From assembly GCA_013265495.1 (NCBI GenBank), contig MU058259.1:328437-392436 (forward strand): a DNA stretch of 64,000 bases, read 5' to 3'. Below the pieces are notes generated by a model. It had not been told where the DNA came from and did no database searches. It saw only the letters and a program-made list of their open reading frames with translations. Every line of letters begins with the position of its first letter. The first letter of the stretch is position 1. The DNA comes from Vicugna vicugna (taxonomy: Eukaryota). Both the position numbers and the translations under genes were made by a program. Below are positions 10,262 to 23,286 of this stretch, piece by piece.

Positions 10262-12871
10262 TCACTGTTTTTTATATCAGTCATTCTGATAGGTGTTTTG
10301 ATAGCTCATTGTGTTTTTAATTTGTATTCTCTTAACTGTTCACAATATTAACTGCCTTTTCTTGTGCTTATTTGCCATCTGTATATCCTCTTCAGCAAAA
10401 TATCTGTTCATGTCTTTTGCCCATTTTCTAACTGGATTGTTTGTATTTTACTGCTGAGTTTTAAGAGTTCTTTATATATTCTAGATAATAGTCCTTCATT
10501 GTATATGCAGTCTGCAAATATTTTCTCCCAGTCTATAGCTTGCTTCTGCAGCCTCTTACAGGGTTTTCACAGAGCAAAATTTCTTAATTTTGATAAAGTC
10601 CAATTTATCAGTTTTTCTTTATATGGATCATGCTTTGGTGTCAAGTCTAAGAACTTCTGGCCTAGCTCTAGCAAAGATCTTCTGCTATGTTTTTTTCTAA
10701 AATTTTTGTAGTTATACATTTTGCATTTAAGTTTATAATCCAGCACCATTTGTTTAAAGGGCTGTCCTTCTTTTGAATTGTTTTCGAACCTTTGCCAAAA
10801 ATCATTTGGACATACGTATGTGGGTCTATTTCTGGGTTCTCTGTTCTTTTCCACTGATCTATGTGTCCATCTCTCTGCCAACCATACTGTTCCAAATATG
10901 GTAGCTGTTTAGTAAGCATTATATTAGGTAGAGCTATTTCAATCACTTTATTCTTCATTTCCCGAATTATTTTAGCTATTCTATTTCCTTTACCTTTCCA
11001 TATATATTGTAGAATACTCTGTCTGCAGCTACAAAAAAATCTTGCTGGGATTTTTATAGGAATTGTGTTAAACTTACATATCAGTTTGGTGAGCATTGAT
11101 ATTTTTCCTATGTTGAATCTTTCAATCCATGGGCAAAGTATGTCTCTCCATTTATGTGTATGTTGTTTGATTTCTTTCATCATTGTTTTGTAGTTTTCAG
11201 CATACAAGCCCCACATACATTTTGTTAAATTTACACTTAAGGGTGTATTTTAGGGATTGTAAATGGTATTGTGCTTTTAATTTCAGTGTTTATATGTTCA
11301 TTGCTAGTATACAGAAATGTGATTGACTTTTGTGTGTTCACCTTACATCCTGCCACTTTGCTGAACTCATTCATTCTGGGAGTATTTTGTAGATTTCTTG
11401 GGATTCTCTACATAGACAATCATGTTATCTGCAGATAGGGACAGTTTCATTTCTTTCTTCCCAAACTCTATGCCTTTTATTTCTTTTTCTTTCCTTATTA
11501 CATTGGCTAGGACCTCCAGTACTATGTTGACTAAGAATGATAAGAGCAAACATCCTTTCCTTTTCCCTGATCTTAGAAGGAAAGCAGCCAGTCTTTCATC
11601 ATTAATATAATATTAGCTGTAGTTTTTTAGTAGGTGTTCTTTATCAAGTTGAGGAAGTTCCCCTCTATTCCTAGTTCTGAGATTTTTTCATTTATTATAA
11701 ATGGGCGTTGAATTTTGTCAAATGGTTTTTCTGCATCAATGGATATGATCATATGACTTTTATTCTTTAGCCTGTTACTATGGTGGATTACACTGATTGA
11801 TTTTTGAATCTGAACCAGCCTTGCATCCTTCGAATAAGCCCCACATGGTCACAGTGTATAATTCTTTTTGTATATTGGTGAATGTATTTGCAAAATATTG
11901 TCAAAGATTTTTGTATCCATATGAAAGATACACTTTTTTGGTACTGTCTGGTTTCGTATCATGATAATACTAGTTTAATAAAATGAATTAAGAAGTGTTC
12001 CTCCCTCATATGTTTTCTGGAAGAGATTATGTAGAATTGATGTTAATTATACTTTAAACATTTGATAGAATTCTCCAATAATACCATTTGAGCTTGAAGA
12101 TTTCTTTTGGGGGAGTTTAAAATTATAAATTCAATTTCTTTAATAGTTATAGGGATATTCAGATTATTTATTTGTTGTTGGGTGAGTTGTACTAGTTTGT
12201 GCTATATGAGGACTTGATCCATTTCATCTAAATTGTCAAATTATATACATATAGTTTTCATAGTATTTTCTTATTATATTTTTATGTCTGCAGAGTCTGT
12301 TGTGATAACTCCTGTTTAATTCCTGATATTGGTAATTTGTGTTTCACGCTTTTTTATTTTTATTTTTATTTTTCAGTCTTGCTAGAGGTTTGCCAATTTT
12401 ATTGATTTTTTTCGGAACAAAAAACCCCAGCTTTTTGTTTTGTTGATTTTCTCTATTGTTTTTCTGTTGTCAGTTTCACTGACTTTTGTTCTTATTATTT
12501 CCTTCCTTCTGCTTGCTTTGGGTTTATTTTGCTCTTTTTCTAGGTTCTTAAGGTGGATATGTATATTATTTATTTGAAGCTTTTCCTCTTTTCTAATGTA
12601 AATATTTCATGCAATTAATTTCCCTCTCAGCTTTAGCTGGGTCTCACATATTTGATATGTGTATTTTCATTTTTGTTCAGTTCAGTATATTTTTAAAATT
12701 TCCCTGAGACTTCTTTTTTAACACATGGATTGTTTAGAAGTATGTTTAATTTCCAACTGTTTGGAGATTTTCCTGTTATATTTCACTTATTGATTCTAGT
12801 TTGAATCCATGGTGGTTGGAGAATATACTCTGTATTATTTCAATTATTTTAAATAAATTGGGGTTTCTTTT

Positions 12872-12983
12872 GTTTGTGCGTGTGTGTGTGTGTGTGTATG
12901 TCTGTGTGTATATATATGTGTGTGAAGTATAGTCAGTTTACAATGTTGTGTCAATTTCTGGTGTACAGCATAATGCTTTAGTC
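12872..12983 (-). mobile_element. Severely 5'-truncated younger L1 3' end whose tail is now a (CA)n/(TA)n microsatellite
   Basis: tgaagtatagtcagtttacaatgttgtgtcaatttctggtgtacagcata is an L1 3' terminus in antisense. TSD-like flanks are tggggtttctttt (12859-12871) and tgaggtttgtttt (12984-12996). Confidence 0.75.
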
Positions 12984-15900
12984 TGAGGTTTGTTTTTATG
13001 GCCAGAATATGGTATCTTGGTATATGAACTCTGGGAACTTGGAAAGAATATGTATTCTTCTATTGTTGGGTGGGATGTTGTATAAATGTTAGATCCTGTT
13101 GGTTGGTAGTGGTGTTGAGTTCTTCTATATCCTTCTTAATTTCCTGTCTAGATGTTCTATGACTTGTTGAGAGAAGGGTATTATAGTTTCTAAATATGAC
13201 TGTGGATTTGTCTATTTCTCCTTTCAGTGATATCATTTTATTGCTTCACAGATTTTGCAGCTCTGTCATTTGATGCATACACATTTAAATAGCTATGTGT
13301 GCTTGATGGGTTGACTCTTTCATTGATATATAATGTGCCCCTCTGTCTCTGGTAATTTTCTCTGCTCTACTTTAATATTAATATAACCACTCCAGCTTTC
13401 TTTTTTGACTGTTTGCATGATATATCTTTTTCTATCCTTTTACTTTCAACCTACCTATCATTATATTTAAAGTTAGTTTCTTGCAGACACTATAAAGATG
13501 TTCATGTTTTTTAATCCACTGTGCCGATTTCTGTCTTTTAATTGGTGTTTTGATTGGTTACATTTAATGTAATTATTAGTATGTTAACACATACATCTTC
13601 CATTTTATAATTTTCTTTTCTGTTTGTTCTCTATGTTTATCATCTGTTTTGTTTATCCTGCCTTCCTCTGGGTCACTTTAACATTTTTAGAATTAAATTT
13701 TGAGTTACTGTAGTGTTTCTTAGTATATCCTTGTATAGCTTTTTAGTAGTTGCTCTAGGTATTGCATTATATATACATAACTTATTGCAGTCTACTAGAC
13801 ATTTTACCGGTTCTAGTGAAGTATAGAAACCTTACCTCCCTTACCCTTCTTTATTTATGATATAATTGTCTTAAGTACTTTCTCTGCATACATTCAGAAA
13901 CACATCAGATAGTGTTAAAATTTTTGCTTCAATCATGAAACAATTTAGAAGACTCAAGAGCAGGAAAATATATTTACCCATATTTTTACTCTTTCTGTTG
14001 TTCTTCCTTCCTTCCTGATATTCCAACTCCTTCTTTTATCATTTCCTTTCTGTTTAAAGAACTTTCTTTAGCCGTTTTCTTAAGTTAGATCTTCTGGTGA
14101 CAGATTCTTAGTTTTTCTCCATCTGAGAATGTCTTTATTTCCTCTTCATCCTTGATGGATATTTTCACTGGATAAAGAGTTCTGAATTTACAGTTCTTTT
14201 TTTTCTTTCAACACTTGAAAAGTGTTGTGCCACTTTATTCTGACCTTGATGGTTTATGACGAGAAATCTGCTGTTATTTACATTGCTTTTCCCCTATAGC
14301 TAATTTGTTTCTCTCTCACTGCTTTCAAGATTAATCTTTGGTTTTAGTTTTCAGGAGTTTGACCATTATGTAACTTGGTATGAATTTCTTTGGGTTTCTC
14401 CTGTTTAGGGTTTGCTCAATTTCTGGAATATATAGGTTTGTGTATTTTATTAGATTCAAAGAGTTTTCAGCCATTATTTCTTTGAGGACTTTTTCAATCC
14501 CATCCTCTTTCCCCTTTCCTTCTGGAATTCCAATGACCCAGATGTTAGATCTTTTGTTATAGTCCCACAGTTCCTTGAGGAACAAAATAGTTCATGTTTT
14601 TCAGTCTATTTTTTTCTTGTTGTTCACATTGGGTAATTTTTATTCTTCTTTCTTCAACTTCACTAGTTCTGCCCTCTGTCTTCTCTGTTCTACTATTGAG
14701 CCCATCTATTGAGTTTTTTATTTTGGTTATTGTAGTTTTAGTTCTACAATTCCCATTTGGTTCTTCCTTATATCTTCTCTTTCTTTGCTTGGACTCTTTT
14801 TCTTTGCTGAGACTTTGTACTTTTTCATCAGTTTCAATCATGTTTGTGATTGCTCATTGAAGCATTTTTCTGATGACTGCTCTTAAGTCTTTGTCATATA
14901 ATTCTAACATCTCTGTCATCTCAATGTTGTCATCTATTGATTGTCTTTTTCATTTAAAATGAGATTTTCCTGGTTCTTTGTATGATGCATTTTTTTTTAC
15001 TTGAGACCTGGACATTTATGCTATGTTACTCTGGCTATTACTTAAACCTTTCGCTTTAGCTTGCTTCCTCTGACACTGCTCTTGTAGGGGAAATAGGAGA
15101 GCCATTTTGTTCCTGCCAGATGAATGTAGAAGTCCAGGTTCCCTGCTCAGTCTCTGCTGTCATCCTAGAGAAGTTCCACCTGCCCACCTAGCCTTCACTG
15201 ACACCTGGGATAGTTGCCTCATTACCACTGGGTAATGGCGAAAGTTCTGACTCTCTGCTAGCCCTCCCCTGACATCACCTAGTGGGGAGGAGGAGGGGTA
15301 GGGTGCCTCATTAATGCTAGCTGAGGCTGAGGGTCCAAGATTCCCACATGGTCTGCACCGACACTGCAAGGGGAGTGTTTGTTATCACCCAGCAGGGATG
15401 AAAGACATGACTCCCTACTCGGCTTCCTCTGACACCACCCTGGTGAGAGGTCAGTCCAGACTACAGTTCTTTCGGTGGTGTTTGGCTGAAGTAAACCGGT
15501 TATTTTCTAAAGGGTCTGTGTTGCTAGGCTGTCCCTTTCCTGGTACTTTGGCTGGAGATGGCAGGCTTTTGCTTGGGCTATTTTTTGGTGGTGGTGGGGG
15601 CGGTCTGCATATGTCTGTGTTCCTGATTGTCAGCTTCTTCAGCTCCAATTCTGTGATGAGGCAAAAAGAAAACTCAGAGAATTTACTACCCTGCTGGTCC
15701 TCAGGTCCTGAGGTCTCTAGCCAGTCTGCTTTCCTCTCTCCACCTTTCAGAGTCTTCTTATATTTGTTTCATACGTAATGTCTAGGGATTTTAGTTGTAC
15801 TTAGTGAAAGGAATAGGGAAAAGTATATCCACTCCATCTTCCTGAAAGTGGAAGTTCCTCAGAAGGTTTTTTATATAAAATTAGAAGAACAATACTTTGG

Positions 15901-16620
15901 AGGCAGGACAGGTGGATGGTGATGATAATTTGTATGAAACCCAGTAGAATAAACACTATCCACCTAAAAGAGCTTTAGGAAGTAGAGCTTCATGGGAGAG
16001 TCAGATTTCAATTAATACAAGATGAGGGGGGAGTGGCAGGGCCCAGGGCTACTTGCTATGTAAGAGGGCACTGGCAATCCAGTGGACACTGTGTAAAGGA
16101 TTGGGAGGGACAGAAAGACAAGAGAGGTGTTAAGCAGAGCAAAGAAATCCTTGGCTGAAAATATAAAAGGGAAGAGATGACCTATGGGGCTTATATTTGA
16201 GAGGTGACACAGGTGTGACAAGCCAGATCAACTGAATTAGCAGTCACAGCTAATTTGGTGTCACCTCAGACCCCAATCATAGTACACTCTTGGTGTCTTC
16301 GTGGCTAGGAAATGGCTCTTGCTACAATGGGGTGCCAGTAGGCGGGAGCAGGAATGGCACCTACAACATTTGGGTTCCATTTTCTCATAGGCACAGCCAG
16401 CCCTGATACAAATAACCTAAAATGAAGGCTTTAATCTCCAAAGTGTTCTGAAAGAGTGGTGGGCCATGCATTGATTTAATCCCCAACCCTTTTTTTCATT
16501 CTAATAAGATTCTCAGGCAAGCCAGTGTTATTCCTTTGCATCTAGGCAGTACCTGGTATAAATTTTTGGAAGATTTGAATATTGAGGTTGTCACTTGAAA
16601 ATAAAGTATTGTTGCTATTG

Positions 16621-16790
16621 CAACAACAACAACAACAATAAAACTAATAAATATTAAGTGCTTATTAGATGCTATGTACTGTTCTAAGTGCTGAACATGT
16701 TTTAAGTCATTTAATCCTTACAAACGCCCTATTAAGGTAGATACTAATTATTGCGTTCCCTCCATTTTATGCATAAGAAAACCAGGGGTG
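16621..16790 (-). mobile_element. MIR SINE
   Basis: gttctaagtgct..catttaatccttacaaacgccctat..aggtag..ccattttatgcataagaaaacc. Confidence 0.8.
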
Positions 16791-18485
16791 TGGCAAAGGA
16801 ATTAGAAATATATTCAAAACCCCCATTGAATTAAAAACTGGCATAGCCATCTTCTTTGTTACCACATGCATTACATGAGAATCACGAAGAATGATGTTTT
16901 CCAGTGCTTTCACAAATAATTGCTACAATCCAGCTCTGGTATTTATCTCAGTTGCTGGGGTTAAAAAGTAACGGTGCTAATCTCATTCATTTCATCACTG
17001 GCAAATCACTCGATCCATTATCCCTATTTTTCCTGTCTTTAAAATTGGGGCAGTCATACCAGGCCACCACCCCTCTAGCCACAGAGAACAAAAGCAATAA
17101 GTTTTCATTGCAAAACATTTTGAAAAATACTGTATTTGTACTAAATTGTTATTCAACCCGTAGGGAGCTGGGTGGTGGCTAAAGAAGGAGAAAAGCAGGA
17201 AATGGGAGAAAAACCACAGCAGAGAAGAAGGGCTGCCTAGAGAGGTGGAACCCAAGAGCACAAAGGCCCCAGGACAGTTCCTGTTACCAGAGTTTGTTTT
17301 CAACCGCACCCCCCCATCCCACGTTGACTCAAGGCTCCTTCAGGCAGGGCTTACCTTGGGGCCTCACTGATGGCTACATCAGTGTTCACTAAAGACTTGA
17401 GTGTAGATGGAGCTTCCTTGGATCATTTCCCAAGTCTTCCCCTTGTCTCCCATTTCCTCTTCCATCTGCCTTTCCAAAAGTTCCCAACAGATGTTTCTCA
17501 GGTTCGCCCATATTGATTTTGCTTCATGCAGAAATATGCCTGAGCATCTCTCTCAGAGCAGAGACCTGTCCAGTGCTCAATAGTGTGTGTATGTGTTTGT
17601 GTGTGTGTGTGGGGGGGTCTGTGTGTGTGTGTCTGTGTGCATCCTCAGAGCACAATTCTCTTGCTTGATGGAGAATCAGTGTCACACATTGCATTTGTCT
17701 TCAGGGAGGAAAAGAAAGAAGCAAATTTCAACATGATCTTAGTATAAACCATTTTTAAACATTAAAAATTCCCCCTTCGAGATGCACTCTTAGGGTGGGG
17801 CAAATTTGGATCTCTTTTGAGTCAAGACTATAAACAGAAAATTCCTCACTCCTGGGTTGAAGGCTACCATGGATGAACTTACTGCTTGAAAATCTGCAGA
17901 TTCTCCCATCAAACTGGCACAGATTCTGAGCACACTTGAAAATGTCCATGTTGTCACTTTTTAGGAAAACTTGAATAATGGAAGACCAAAGCTCAGATCC
18001 ATTTGTTTGCCTCTGTCTTCTTTTCCAAAAGGAAGGCTGGCCCAAGCTTCTTACCAAAATTTAATCCCCCGAGAAGCACTTCTTTCCTCACCTCAGTTTG
18101 GAAAGAACACTATATAAAATAGACTTTTAAACAACTTAAGTAAATTCACAAGCTCTTACATGTACTTTCTGTGTTCATCTCTTCATCTTCCCTGCTCTAC
18201 ACCATGGACTATCCTGCAAACATTAAATAGTCCTAAAATACGGTTTCTACCATGTCACGTCACCACTCAAAACACATTCAATTAATCCCAGTCACCTGCA
18301 GGATGAATTCCAAAATCTTCAGATAGACCTTTACATTCCTTTCTCCCACTCTTCTTTTACACAATCCCTTCACTTCAGAGTCCTCCTAAACACGACTTCC
18401 ACTTTCCCAACCTTATTCCTCTTAATATGTCCTCATCTCAACCCTTGACAGCCCTCTCCCATCTACATATCTGAAATCCTTCAGA

Positions 18486-18666
18486 GCAGCGGTTCTCACA
18501 GTGGACTTCAGACCAGCATCATCAGCCCCACCTGGGAACTTGTTAGAAATGCAAAGGCTCAGATCCCACCACAGACCTACTGAATCTGAGTCTTTGTGGT
18601 TGGAGACTTGCAGTCTTATTGAACAGTCCAGTGGTTCTGGTGTACACTCAAGTTTGAGAATACTTT
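18486..18666. mobile_element. MER5A (hAT-Charlie) MITE
   Basis: cagcggttctca..ccagcatcatcagc..cacctgggaacttgttagaaatgcaaa..cagacctactgaatc..aagtttgagaa. Confidence 0.85.
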
Positions 18667-19707
18667 TTAGCTCAGATCTCAACTCTTCCTGGATGCTTCC
18701 CTGATCACTGTATCTTTGATCTAAGCTCCTGAGATGTTTCCATATTCGTCCACTTCATTTGGCAGTCACCATGTGCAGCCTTGTCTAAGGTTAACAGCCT
18801 TTTCAGAAAGCCAAGGATGACTTCCATCCCTTCCTCTCTTCCACGCTCTTCCTGCCCTTCTTTCCTTTCTAATATACCACAGGCCTTAGCACAGACACTC
18901 AGTCAGCAGTTGTTGAGTGACTGAGGTTAGGTGGGTGAGCAGAGTTCGTATGTTTTGGTAGTAGCTTTTTAGCTTTGATGTCTGTAAGAAAGACATATCC
19001 TTCCAAAACCTGTCCTTTGGTTCTCCTGGCATAAACAGAATACTAGGACAACTGTCTCATGGCTCTGACTCTTCTAGCACTTCTTGAAGCTTGGTATTCT
19101 GGAGACACTATAAATGATTGATATAGACCATTGTTGTCAACTACCAATGACTAAAGCAGGTCCCAGAAAACTCTTGATTTAGCAAAGTTTGCTGGCCCAG
19201 TTCTGGCTAATTAGACAAAAGGTCCATAAATGGTGAATCAGAAAGGTCAATCTGATCAACTACTGGGACCATGTAGCTCTCACCTACCCCTGCCCTACTC
19301 CCTGGGAAAGTGACCCTTCTCAACATGGAGGGCATCACTCTGAGCATCATGAGAACATCTGTCAGGTCCTTTTGTAGAGTGAGGCCCCAACCCTTTCAAT
19401 ACCATCTCCTTTTATAATTTGCTTCCCTTCCTGCTCACCATGAACCCTGGTTTCTGACATTTTCATCTATAAGACAACCTGCTCTTAAATGCCATGATAC
19501 CCAAAGAGAAGTTAACCAAGCAAGCTCCAAGGAGTCTTGTGAGAACAGTGGGAGAGAGAGTCCTTTGTAAGACATTTCTGGACAAACAGTAAAGGTGGGA
19601 TTATGATTTTTGTTCTATGACTCTACTATGGCCTGAGGTATTTCAACAGAATTTGTGGTTAGGGCTCATAAACCATTCTGAGATTCCAGCCCCACTTAGA
19701 GGAGTGA

Positions 19708-21016
19708 GCACTAAAACTTTTTTGACCCAGGCAACTGTATCAATAAAAATATTTTGTGCATGAATGGCCAATACAGATATATTTGTTTCTAAATTATATC
19801 TGTGTACTCCTGCTCTAATGTATTATGTACATGGTAAGTCACACACCCAATGATACACTTTGAAAGGATGAGGAAAAGATAAAATGAATAATATTTTTAA
19901 AGTCTTTCCAATTGTGATAGCTTCCTACTATAATTTTCTAAAAGGTCAAGAAATCATACACAGTCACAGAAAGGTTTGTTGCAGTAGCAGACATTGTCAG
20001 TGTCCAGCCGAGATTCCTTGGCCCTGTTGGTCATTTGCAGAAGTTTCCTGTAAGAGCAACAGCTTCTTATGTCTCTCTTCATGAAAGCATTCTCTGACTG
20101 TTAGAGTGTGGTCAGTATGCACGGGGGAGACCGGAAGTGTCAGGGACCTAAACAGCCCAGGGATGATCCTTAACCAATGAGGATAAGAGTCAGTGGATAA
20201 ATACCCCAACTTCCTTGAACCTCGGGGGAGGGACAATTTTCTTCCGAGTCTCTCAGAGGGTCCTCAGCAGGACAGAGTCCCGTGTGCTCAAAGTAGTAAT
20301 CCACTCATCAGCATACGCTTTGTTGGCTTTCCTGCCTTTGTGTGTCACTTCCCCTTGCCCTCACTGTGCTTCCTCCAGTCACCTCCCGAATAAGATACTT
20401 GCATCTAAATCCTGGTCTTGGAGTCTGCTTTGGGGGGACTCCAACTGAAGATAATTGTTAATAACATATTTTAAGTGATTTTTAAGTGTAAGTTACTTGA
20501 CAATTTCTATTTTAAAGTACTCTGATTAGATGTCCTCATTTTATATAATGTGCTGAGCTACTACTAGGGTGAGAGAATTGGCAGTGCTGCCAATTTTTCT
20601 TATACTTTTGTGAGCTTGTGATAATGGTAGTATCTTGATCTATGGTTTCTTTACAGGGATTTTTTTAAGTTACTTGCCAGTTTTGAAAGAGTTATTAATT
20701 AAAACTGGGTAACATAATTTGTAATGCCACCTAACCAGGAACATGTAAACTGTAATACTTTGTAATACGCTGAAAGGAGCAATCACATGAAGACTCCATT
20801 GTCAACTATTCCCAGGGTGGAACATGCACTCCTTCCCCAGGACACCTTGTAAAACATGAATGAAACATATGACCCTCTCATACAGACCACTAGTGGCAAT
20901 CTATATATTAAATAGTAGTAAAACTGAATCTATCTATTCATTCTAACATTTGTTCCCTACATCCCAATGTGTTATCTCATTCCTGGGGTATGATGACCCC
21001 ATTTTGGAGACTACTG
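19708..21016. mobile_element. MER113/Charlie4-type hAT DNA transposon remnant, interrupted by an LTR
   Basis: Both ends resemble recalled MER113 termini (ctaaaacttttttga..; accccattttggagactactg followed by ctctaga). Confidence 0.6.
19984..20453 (+). mobile_element. LTR16-family (ERVL) solo LTR
   Basis: ccggaagtgtcagggacctaaaca..ccttaaccaatga..gtggataaataccccaacttcct..tcacctcccgaataagatacttgca..tctgctttgggggga. Confidence 0.8.
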
Positions 21017-21738
21017 CTCTAGAGACTCTAAGGCCATGTCTAAACAGCCAAAGCCAAATGAAGGATTGAGGCCAATGAAAAAATACACTCTCTAACAGAG
21101 AATCACCACTCGGGGCAAAGTAGGTTTAGTAGGTGGGCAGTATTTCTCTGACTTGATGTCCATGAGTCCTTGAGTTCTTGAGTGCTATGTCTGAAGGAAG
21201 AAAGAGGAGTTAGATTCATGAAGTGTGCAGGTAGAGAAGGGTGGAGAAATTGGAAATGAGGATAAGAGAGCAGAAGGCAGGGTTTTGGTTCTTGCCTGGT
21301 TTGACAGAATGGTTTTTGAGGCTCAATGGAGAAAGATATATTGAGGTCCAACATGGAAGGAGCCATTTTATGAGATGCTTTGATGAGACTGAACACAAGC
21401 ATCTTTGTTCTGGGGCTCAGGAGACAAAGAATACCACACAGGGAGAAGAGAGGTGTTCTTTGGACTGCTGCTGCATCATGGACCATTTAGGGAGCATGGC
21501 AAGAGAGCACACTTGGTGGGGAAGTTGGACTTACCAGCAGCAGCAGCAGCAGCACTAGGAAGAGACCCTCACTCCAACTTTGAGCTGGTGAAACTGACAC
21601 GGGGAAGCCATGGCCAGAGAGAAGCAAGATGTTTTCATAGTGGATGAGTGGGGCCTGCGACTGCCACAGTGTTTCATGTGAAATCCCTCCAGGGACATCC
21701 AGGACTACTTGATCGAAAGGGGGCTTTTCTAGAAAGCT

Positions 21739-22100
21739 GTCTGTTTGGGCTGCTGTAACAAAAAATGCCAGGCACTGGGTGGCTTGTGAACAATAGAAAT
21801 GTATTTCTTACAGTGCTGAAGGCTGAGAAGTACAAGATCAGGGTGCCAACCTGGTCAGGTTCTAGTGAAGGCCCACTTTTAGGTTGCAGACTGCTGACTT
21901 CTTGCATTGTCCTCATGTGGTGGACGGGTTCAGGGAGCTCTCTGGGGGTCTCTTTTATAAAGCACTAGTCCCAGTCATGAAGGCTCTGCCTTCATGGCCT
22001 TATCACCTCCCGAAAGCTCCACCTCCTAATACCATCAGCTTGAGGGTTAGGATTTCAACATAGAAATTTTGAGGAGGACATAAATATTCAGACCACAGCA
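21739..22100 (-). mobile_element. MLT1A-type MaLR solo LTR
   Basis: gtctgtttgggctgctgtaacaaaa..aagatcagggtgcca..ctcttttataaagcacta..gttaggatttcaacata..attcagaccacagca. Confidence 0.88.
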
Positions 22101-23220
22101 CTGATGACTCTGAATTAGCAGATGGAGTTAAGAGCCAGGAAGTTTGGATTAATTTAACCTCATTCATATCCCCCAGGAGACATTTGGTTCACAGTAATAA
22201 CTTGGGCCTTTTTACTGTCAAAGAAGTAAATGAGTATTTCACTTCAAATAATCATTTCTCCACTTTGCTTTGGCACAGTACAGCCAGCCCCATGGCAGAG
22301 AAAATAACAATGACTTTTTACGTGTTCACTTCACACAGGGGCAGTATTTGGTGCAGGGGAATACTGTGAAGCATCAGTTGATGATATGATATTGAAGAAC
22401 AAATGGAGAGGAGAACCAATGATATTACTGCTTCTTCTAAGCAGGTTTCCAAGAGCAGACTTGCTTCCCACTGCTCCGAGTTGCAGAATTATAGATGTTA
22501 GAACTTGCCCTATGAATGAGTATATCACTCCTCTTGGTGAATCATTTGTGCATCGTATGAGTGATATCTTGTGGCTATGACCCTTATATTCCTCCAGTTG
22601 AGTAATAATTTGTACTATTGGGTGAATTTTTGCACTTGTAGTTTGCAAACTTGATCATTCTTACCCAACTCCTTGTCATCTCACCTCCTCATAGAGTCAT
22701 GATTTGAATAGCTCAGTTGTGAGACTGAGGTCTCAAATTACCAAAGTACTGTAACTTTTCCCACAAATACTACAAGACTTGCAAGAGGAAGCTAAGACCC
22801 CCAAAACCAGTGGTACCTCATATAGAAGTGTCAGCTAACTGCAAGATGAACACTTTTGAAAGCTTGATTCACTTTTTTGGGATGCTGGGAAACCATTTAA
22901 TGTGCTGGAAGAAATTTGGGGATGAGTGAGATGGCATCCCAACATTTTGAAAGTTAAGAGATTTTTCCAAAGATACCTTAATCTATTTCCAGTGAGTACT
23001 TTCCCATGGCTCAATATAACAAATAGTCATTGCCCAATCACACTTGCTAAAATACATAAACTTGTTGTATTGGGTAGTAAAGATTTAAATTTCATCCAAG
23101 ATGCTATGTGCAGTTTGATTTCGTTTGGAGGTAGTTTTCCTGGAGGACTTTGGGGGGAAGAAGGTCTCTTGTCTTGAATTTCTTTTAAAAAGAATTTCTT
23201 TCCAGACAAAAATCTAAATC

Positions 23221-23286
23221 ATATATATACACACACACATACACACACACACATACATACACACACACACACACATATATATATAT
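23221..23286. repeat. Compound (TA)/(CA) microsatellite
   Basis: Seen directly in the sequence. Confidence 0.95.

Larger units (their letters stand above)
9344..15859 (-). mobile_element. Essentially full-length, decayed L1MD-type LINE-1 with target-site duplication
   Basis: L1MD-like 3'UTR at 9350-9700, ORF2 remnants (10668-11216; 11367-11549 [28 protein letters not shown]), ORF1 remnants (14331-14841) and a 5'UTR ending at 15859. Flanks are caggaggttt (9334-9343) and cagaaggttt (15860-15869). Confidence 0.9.

Noticed and set aside
10567..14841. L1 ORF1/ORF2 as active CDS
   Set aside because: The ORFs are fragmented by stops, frameshifts and nested insertions, and the RT motif is degenerate (SADNM instead of FADDM).
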